Source: Bugula neritina
Lineage: Eukaryota > Animalia > Bryozoa
NCBI GenBank assembly: GCA_964035545.1
Contig: OZ037765.1
Coordinates: forward strand, 35,054,080-35,118,079
DNA: 64,000 nucleotides
Reading direction: 5' to 3'
The notes beneath the pieces are model-generated. The model was given only the letters and a program-made list of their open reading frames with translations, did no database searches and had not been told where the DNA came from. Both the position numbers and the translations under genes were made by a program. Numbering within the stretch: position 1 is the stretch's first letter; every line of letters starts with the position of its first letter. Positions 56,501 through 64,000 of this stretch are shown piece by piece.

Positions 56501-58333
56501 TCTCTCTCCTACTCTAAGACTAGTTACATGGTTTAGGAAATATTTACAATAATAATTTCCTATAATTCTCCTCCATTTGAAAGATGGTTCAGTTAATTAA
56601 ATTACTAGACGTAGCTTGCTTCTATATTTCTCCTTGGAATATCATTTCTTTCCTGGTGACTTTTTCTATAAAACTTTGCATACAATTCTATATTTATTAG
56701 TAATCAACTAGTGTCTATGGAGAGAGAGGTATTACTATAGTTCAAATAGCAAAAGCTTCTGTAATATTCCATAAGAAATCCGTGTATGATAAGATAAAAC
56801 CATGATGCAATATTGTCTATACAGTGTATATTACTATATTAAAATAATATAGTAATAGAATACGGTGATATGTGCATTATAGTATTATTTTCATACTAAA
56901 AGCGGTACAGTAATATAATATAGATATTATATTAATATAATATGCAGTATACATATATAGTAATGCTATATACAGTATAGTTATATAATAATATATGCAG
57001 TTAGTAATATAATAATATCTACAGTTGATAATATAGTAATAATAATATAGTAATGGAATAATATAGTAATATAAAACTAATAATATAGTAATATAATAAT
57101 AATGATAATATAGTAATATAGTACTAATAATAATATAGTAATATAGTACTAATAATAATATAGTAATATAATAATATAGTAATATAATGGCATAGTATTA
57201 TAATAATAATATAGTAATATAATAATATAGTAATATAATAATATAGTAATATAATACTAATAATAATATAATAATATAGTAATATAATACTAATAATAAT
57301 GTAGTAATATAATAATATAGTAATATAAAACTAATAATAATATAGTAACATAATACTAATAATAATATAGTAATATAGTAATATAGTAATATAATACTAA
57401 TAATAATATAATAATATAGTAATATAATACTAATAATAATATAGTAACATAATACTAATAATAATATAGTAATATAGTAATATAGTAATATAATACTAAT
57501 AATAATATAATAATATAGTAATATAACAATACAGTAATATAATACTAATAATAATATAGTAATATAATAATAATATAGTAATATAATAATATAATAGTAT
57601 AGTAATATGATAATATAGTAATATAATAATATAGTAATATAATATATTCTTGCTTCAAGGATGTTCATGCTCAGCCTTTGATTCTAATTTCCTGTGTGCT
57701 GCGTGTGACAAACACTGGGAGGAACACGAAACTTTCTTTGAAACTGAGGCTATGAGAGTAAAAGAGGGTTTACCTACAGGTTAGTCTAATGGGCAGACAA
57801 CTCCCTTTCTCACAGTTATAGACTAGAACTGGAATAGCTAACAGAGCTTTGAACTCTTTGCTAAACATTTTTGTCACGAGACTCAGCAGCTGAGAAATGC
57901 ATTGCTATTATCTAAAGCTTGCAGTTCTCTGTACAGCATCAATTATTTTACACACAACACAAAAGACTCAATATTTCACAGCCTTGAGTTTTCAGTTTAA
58001 ATTAAGCTCAGAAATCTAGGCTAGTTAAATTTCATTTTGGTAGTTAAGGGTTGGGCAGGGTTTACTCATAATAAGCCACGCCCATAGATCCTACCAGATT
58101 GTTTTCATATAGACTAGTCCAGAATATTTGTTTTAGGAGAAGCCTATCTCCCGTTTGCTGAAATGCCCAACCTTAGAAACGCTGTGCTCACTGGAGATGA
58201 AAGTGATGACTCGGCATATTTGGCATTGACCGGAGGTCAAGGTCATATTCCTATATCTGATAAACCTCATGGAAATGATGCGGTGTTCTCCCCAGGAGGG
58301 GGTAACTCCAGGTTTAGACCAGTGTATGATTAG
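53530..58333 (+). CDS. FAM221B: FAM221 family protein, FAM221B-like, about 7 coding exons
   Basis: GVYIGWRLPGQKFDCQRVSDTSLCFCGHLLGEH, PSRPEDVGEFWHQRRRNFDPTTWRAKCRCKHSHEQH, SNFLCAACDKHWEEHETFFE, YLPFAEMPNLRNAVL. Approximate exons 53530-53574, 54202-54342, 54876-55017, 55412-55522, 56023-56226, 57660-57779, 58137-58333. The 5' exons are less certain. Confidence 0.85.
53909..53963. mobile_element. 55-bp hAT-like miniature element
   Basis: TIR CAGGGTTG...CAACCCTG with an exact 8-bp duplication TTTAGCAT (53901-53908 and 53964-53971). Confidence 0.8.
53985..54057 (-). pseudogene. tRNA-derived sequence (tRNA pseudogene or SINE head, Ala-TGC-like loop)
   Basis: A box TGGTGTAATGG, B box GGTTCGATTCC and a downstream T-run; acceptor, D and anticodon stems contain mismatches. 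Confidence 0.65.
55025..55318. repeat. 19-bp intronic minisatellite (tagtaccctctctagtaac)
   Basis: Begins a few nt after the donor at 55018. Confidence 0.93.
55510..55948 (+). repeat. 21-bp x ~21 repeat made of exon end plus GTAAGT donor
   Basis: ctcagtacaat(g/a)gtaagta(t/c)a units; the first copy is the likely FAM221B donor. Confidence 0.93.
56212..56527 (+). repeat. 45-bp x7 repeat made of exon end plus donor (AGAG|GTATTC)
   Basis: cctgcagagctagaggtattctctctcctactctaagactagtta units. Confidence 0.93.
56830..57646. repeat. Low-complexity (AATATAGT / AAT)-type repeat
   Basis: Almost entirely A/T degenerate short units. Confidence 0.85.
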
Positions 58334-59012
58334 AGCCACCTGGCTGTCTTGCTGGTAGAAACTCTCTAGCTGGTTACTATCTTCTAGAGATTTTGGAGCA
58401 CCTGGAGTACCAGTTGCAGTGTTTATATATACAGTAGTGTGTATCTAATATTCCTGCCGCCATCTTGTTTCCTGTGTTATCACATTTTTTGACATAAAAT
58501 TATTGGTGTTTAATTTTATAATTATTTAGTTAAAGACTTGATAAGAAATAAAACAGATTTTATTTTGTGCATTTATAAAATACCATATTACCTTATTTTG
58601 TAATGTTATACTATATACGATACCTATGTGGTTGATATTTGAAAAGATGGTTATTTCAGTGACGTTTTGTGCTGTGCTTTAGTGTGATATTAGCCTCAAA
58701 GTCTGTGCTTATACAAAACATAATAATATTATGTTATATCATATAATAGCAACATATTATTGTTATTTGTTTACTATGAAGCTATTTTTGTAAAACAGAG
58801 TTTTTATATCATATGCTACATTTTTCGATGCGATTTTTCTTGTTTTTTGGCCTAAAATTAAACTCTTTTCGATTTTCTTGCCAAGAGCTTAAAACTATTC
58901 TTGTATAGCACTTCTAGCAGTTTATTTGTTTTAATCTATAAATACAAAATATATGTTTACTGTATGACAAATGTTACCATTACATATATATACATGCTGA
59001 TTACTGCTTATA

Positions 59013-59963
59013 TCACATGGCCCGAATACCACGTCTCATTCCTGTGGCAGACTTGTATAGCTTCCAGCTGTAATCTGTCATATAGAAGAGGAGTCTGTAC
59101 AACATGATTCCTGCTAACAGTATAACGAGACTCTCTGCTTTCCCCAGTCTCCTCGAGCCAGTCAGTCTGAACTTCCACACCAGAACTCTCTGGAACATCA
59201 ACCTGCCGAGACCTAGTACTATTAGGATAGCGTTTTGTCGTGCTGCTCTCACTAGCTGAGTCACACCAAACTCCTCAGGGTTTAGTTCCGGGAGATCCAC
59301 TTGTTCCGAGGAGTCTTTCCTATCCAAGAAGTCTCCATCGGCAAATCTTACGGGACTCGTGCACTTGGAGACGTATCCACTTATCCGTCTGTTTCTAGGA
59401 CTCGAGTCTCTCACTGGAAGCTGATGGTTATCCCGCTCTTCATTTCCAGCTCGAGGCGTGCAGTAGGGGGATGCCGGACTCTTAGGAGGTATGATAGGGG
59501 AAGGTTCCCGGGCTGCCCTGTCTATCATGTATCTTGTAAAAGAACTTTGGGAGTCACTTCCAATCGTTGAAAATGAAATGTTGTGAAGGCTTTCATTGAA
59601 TGCCTTCTGCAGCTCAAACTCTTTCTTCATGGAGCCCAAGTTTTCAGCGTGTAAAGAAATGCGAGATACAAATCCCGGTAAAGGCTCAATGTCATTTCTC
59701 AGGTAGCTAATGAGTCTTTGCAGGTGCCCTGGTGACAGGTTCTTTTTGATGACATTGTCTGCTTCGTTGAGGTTCTTCAGAAGTTGGTTAATGAGTTTAT
59801 TCGTGTGTCTGAGAACTGACTTTTGGAGGTCTTGTCGCTGTTTGATTGTCTCGTATGTTATGGCTGCCGTCTTCAAATCCTGCTGCTGCTTGCATCGGGG
59901 ACTCACCAGAGCATACTGTGTGGTCATGCTGACCTTTGACCCTTTTTCTAAACTATTGCACAA
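59013..59963 (-). CDS. Hypothetical protein with a coiled-coil-like N-part, Pro/Ser-rich middle and two hydrophobic C-terminal segments; 5' end uncertain
   Basis: 316-codon non-repetitive ORF, GC-richer than its flanks; no family recognised. Confidence 0.55.
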   Translation of the reverse strand: MCNSLEKGSKVSMTTQYALVSPRCKQQQDLKTAAITYETIKQRQDLQKSVLRHTNKLINQLLKNLNEADNVIKKNLSPGHLQRLISYLRNDIEPLPGFVSRISLHAENLGSMKKEFELQKAFNESLHNISFSTIGSDSQSSFTRYMIDRAAREPSPIIPPKSPASPYCTPRAGNEERDNHQLPVRDSSPRNRRISGYVSKCTSPVRFADGDFLDRKDSSEQVDLPELNPEEFGVTQLVRAARQNAILIVLGLGRLMFQRVLVWKFRLTGSRRLGKAESLVILLAGIMLYRLLFYMTDYSWKLYKSATGMRRGIRAM

Positions 59964-60361
59964 AACACAAAAATATTAAGGCAAGAAAGTTCAAGCAGCT
60001 GATTTAAGTTATTTTACGATTGCAAATAAAATATAACTCACAAATTAATTTAACAAAATATCAAAAGTAATACACTTTCATGTAATTAAACAACATATAT
60101 CAGATTTGTTAGGGCTAGTATTAACAAACAGTTTTTGTTCTATTTAACATCATGCATGACATAACTAACTAACACTAACAATACTTACAGTTAAACAATA
60201 TCTTTTGAGCCACAACTTGAGCAACTACATTATTATCAATATGATATTATTTTTGAAGTAATTTGTGGAATTCAGTTCACAACAAATACAATTGCAACAA
60301 TGCTAACAATATTTTACTGTAATTATTGTTTTTTCCAATAAAATTAGCTACAAGCATTTTG

Positions 60362-61930
60362 ATGGATAATGCTGAGAATGCTAGAAATTCAAGTGAGAGC
60401 TTGGAAAAAGATTGTGGAGTGTTTGATGAGACGGAGAGACGGATTACTAAAGCCATAAAAGCAGCCGACGAGCAAAGAAGGAGTGTAGAAGAGAAACTGC
60501 TTTTGACATTAAAAGAGTTAGAAGATGACAAAGAAAATGAGCAGGGTTTATTTTCTCTTACTTTCTCTTCACTCACTGAACAATCGGAAAAGTCAAAAAA
60601 TATACCTTCTGATTTAAATGGAACAAAATCTTCTACAACAAAGATAATTAAAAAGGCTGCAGTTCAATGGTTATCTAGAACAGGGAAAGGCAAGAACACA
60701 GATGTTGTGCAATTACCAAGTATTGTTCAGCCAATTTCTCAGTCATCTGAGAGTGACTGGCCCAATGAGACTGCTTCAGAGAGAACTCAGTCTAACAAAT
60801 CACTAGCAGACACACGTTCAGCAGAAGAGCGCAGGCGATCATTTGCAGCAGAAGATCACGATGACAGAGCTTCAGATGACGGTAAACAATCACTGACCCC
60901 AGATAAAGTAGCTCAACAAAAAGCCGTCCGATGGTCTCTTGACAAAACGACTTCTTTGAGGCCTGCTTTACTTTCTCAATTGTTTGACCAGATATCAGAA
61001 GAGATTGCATCACTTGACACTTCGCAGCGGTCTTCAGCGGAACTCCCAAGTGATGGTAAACCTCATGTTTCCATTGGCATCCAAGTCAACTCTAAAGAAC
61101 GCTCAGACTTTGAAAAATATGTCCACTTGAAGCGAAAACTGGGCCAGTTAAAAGAGAATCCTCGAAGTTTACTAAAAAAAGAGTCAAGGTACAATTATCT
61201 GAAAGATATACCAGTTGAAGAGTACATGTCATACAAATATAAGTCGTCAAACATGGACATAGCAAACTCGGTCAAATCATGGAGCTCAAAACTGAAAGCC
61301 GCTTCTTCAAGCTCAGCTCAAACACCAAGTAGCACTTATCCTGATCTTTACAATATTCAGAGCAAGCAGTTTTATTTGATAAAAGACTACATAGATGAGA
61401 AACAGCTGGTTAGTTCTTGTAGAAAACAAAAAGAGTCAAATAATGTTAAGATCATTATGAGCCCCAATACACTCCGTCCTGTACCAAATGCTTTCAGCCA
61501 GTTTATAGATTTTAACAAAGTCAGCTGTGACAGAATGTCTGGGTTTAGCAGCCAATCTACGGACTTACTTCGAGACTTGATTGCTAGGTTTACAGCCCCA
61601 CTCTCTTCTACAGCCCCACACTCTTTTACAGCTCCACATTCTCTTTCTACAGCACAATACTCTTCTTTTATAACGAAGCAATTCTCCTCTTCTAGAAAAC
61701 CAGCTTTGTCTTCAGCCCCAGCTCCACCTCCAACATCTTCAGTCCCGCCTCCAGTACCACCTCCAACTTCTTCAGCCCCACCCGATAGTTTTTCAGAGTT
61801 TCAGGTTTCAGCCACAGACATACCTGTGAACGCAGCTTCAAGACCTTCTTTTGGATATCGCCACTCCCAAAAAACTCATCAGTTTTTGCCCATAATTTTA
61901 CCGACAAAAACACTCCATGAAAACAGGTAA
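60362..61930 (+). CDS. Hypothetical Ser/Pro-rich, probably disordered protein (~520 aa, single ORF)
   Basis: Long non-repetitive ORF in AT-rich DNA, first ATG at 60362; no family recognised. Confidence 0.6.
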   Translation: MDNAENARNSSESLEKDCGVFDETERRITKAIKAADEQRRSVEEKLLLTLKELEDDKENEQGLFSLTFSSLTEQSEKSKNIPSDLNGTKSSTTKIIKKAAVQWLSRTGKGKNTDVVQLPSIVQPISQSSESDWPNETASERTQSNKSLADTRSAEERRRSFAAEDHDDRASDDGKQSLTPDKVAQQKAVRWSLDKTTSLRPALLSQLFDQISEEIASLDTSQRSSAELPSDGKPHVSIGIQVNSKERSDFEKYVHLKRKLGQLKENPRSLLKKESRYNYLKDIPVEEYMSYKYKSSNMDIANSVKSWSSKLKAASSSSAQTPSSTYPDLYNIQSKQFYLIKDYIDEKQLVSSCRKQKESNNVKIIMSPNTLRPVPNAFSQFIDFNKVSCDRMSGFSSQSTDLLRDLIARFTAPLSSTAPHSFTAPHSLSTAQYSSFITKQFSSSRKPALSSAPAPPPTSSVPPPVPPPTSSAPPDSFSEFQVSATDIPVNAASRPSFGYRHSQKTHQFLPIILPTKTLHENR

Positions 61931-63269
61931 AACTTGAGCTATTTGAATTATACAAGAGATTGCATATCTTACCCTTTAAAGCTTCTGCCATTTTGTTGTA
62001 TTCAAATTGATTTTGTTGCAGCAAAGGTCTCCATCTGTTAGAGAGAGGAACCCGAAGTCTAGTTAACAACATTGCAGGTCCTAAACATGCCTCGGAGAGC
62101 AACGCTGTTCAGACAGGAAATGTCCGAAAATATGTGACATCTGCAAAATCTAAATACGTGTTAGCATTAAGTCAATCTAAAAACTGACAACTGATTGTAC
62201 TATAGCTCTCTTAGTTTATAACATTATACCTACTGACATTGTTCTAATTATATAATAATAATATACTAATATAACATATATAGCTCACACGGAAATGCGT
62301 ATTTAGTATAATTTGTTTTTATCATGCATATGTATTATAAAACATGTATATATTCATTGTGGTTTATATTAAATAAAATTTCTTCACTTTAATATCTGGG
62401 GAAAGTTCTTGATGTATTATCATCTATAGGTGACAGCCCAATCACTACAAGAGGGTGTTATTCATTCGAAAGCAATCATCTTGTTATTGTCAGCATACAT
62501 TACAACTCCACAGCTGTAGTACTGTATCATTTGAGGTTTAGAGCTAAGATGTGGGATTATCACACCAGAAAATGGTAAACTTTCGGAGTTGTCTATTATT
62601 GCTACCACGTAAGAGTTACGATCTTGGCACTATTCTGTCAAGTCGAAATGTTACGATGCAATACAGACGCGTAAGAAGCAAACCTGTCGTACAATATTCA
62701 CCCTATTGCATTTCGTTGAAGTAGGGAGCTCAATGTGGAGTTACCAGATCCTATCTCATATATTTCTAAGGTACCTTCTGTTCGAGTCTCACTCTGATTG
62801 GAATATCAGGTCGGATTTTACTTTATAACTTGAGTCTGATTTCAGAGTCTGGTTACAAAACAGTAACAACATTACAATAATGAATATGGTGACAATTAGT
62901 ATTACTAATTCAAAATCAAAATGCTTTGAATTTGATAATCATAAGTTGATTAAGTGATAATCATATTTATAATGATAAACTCATAATGATGATGTCAATC
63001 ACAATAATATTAATATTATAATTGTTATTAGTTCTATTTTTATTTTAATTTAATCCAATTTAATTTCATTATAATTATTCAATATTTTGTTTTATTTTTA
63101 CACTAATACTAATACTAACACTAATAGTAATACTAAGTAATACTAATACTAATAGTACTAATAGTAATAGAAATTTAAATTGAATCAGAATATTATAATT
63201 ATTGAATACTAACAGTGATTAAACTTAATTGATAATTCAATGTAATTGTAAAGTTGTGTTAAATTTAAT

Positions 63270-64000
63270 ACTAATAGTACCAAATCTCTTAAAAACACAA
63301 CCGAAAACAATTAAACTATACAAAAATGCAAATATAACTGGTTTCAGAGACAGTATGCAAACTGTCTGTAACAAACTTGAGGACATGTCAGACCCGGACA
63401 ACATGTGGCTCCTTTTTAGAGAAGGTCTTGCGCAGGCTTGCAAAAATCACATTCCTACAAAAGTTTTAAAATCAAAAAACTCTCGCTGGCCTGTTTGGTT
63501 TGATAAGGAGGCAAAGAAGCTTGCTCAAAAGCAAAGAAAAACTTGGTTTAAGTATAAAAAAACAAGGGATGTGTTTTTCTTGGAGAAGTATAAAACAGAG
63601 CGAAAATCTTGCAAAACATTGCTTCGTCACAAGAAGAGGAACTATGTAGTTGAGAAGGTATGTAAACCATTAGAGAGGGGAAATTCCAAGCCTTTTTTCA
63701 AACACCTGAGGCAAAAAACTGGTCAAGATAATATTTCTATGTCTCTTACTGACCCTGATACTAATCAACTAACTGACAACTCACTGAGATGCGCTGAAAT
63801 CTTGAACAGTTATTTTTATAGTCAGTTCTGCCAAGATCACCAGGTGTCACAATATCCAAATTATAGCAGTGATACTCATAACATATGCATATCCATCAAG
63901 GGGCTTGAGTCACTTATTAGAGGTTTGGCAAATGGTAAATCACCGGGGCCAGACGGCATAAGAAAACCAGACCTATTAGTTGATACTGGAATAAATGCCA
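63270..64000 (+). mobile_element. 5'-truncated non-LTR retrotransposon ORF2 (CR1/L2/Jockey-type tether region), runs off the window
   Basis: Open frame reading LYKNAN, DNMWLLFR, PVWFDKE, NSKPFFKHL, AEILNSYFYSQF and KSPGPDGI, the usual pre-RT motifs; no endonuclease domain upstream. Confidence 0.8.

Overview
Gene-dense, AT-rich, intron-containing animal (invertebrate-like) DNA; exon structures were assembled by hand from splice signals and reading phase. The main finding is a 13-exon minus-strand gene (20122->1792, about 1401 aa) that joins an MFHAS1-like Roco protein (LRR-ROC GTPase-COR) in frame to a complete C-terminal caspase. The caspase keeps the SHG histidine, has an unusual HACSG cysteine motif, has no recognisable CARD/DED, and carries a 15x8-aa coding minisatellite in its inter-subunit linker. 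The last intron of this gene holds a 3.57-kb foldback element with near-perfect outer arms and diverged inner arms. The rest of the window contains GOLPH3, ELP5, a small possibly SYCE3-like gene, WASHC5 (strumpellin) with an intact full-length RTE LINE in one intron, FAM221B, two orphan ORFs and a truncated LINE at the right edge. A second pattern runs through the window: many introns carry their own private minisatellite whose unit copies the adjacent splice donor or acceptor, giving arrays of decoy splice sites.
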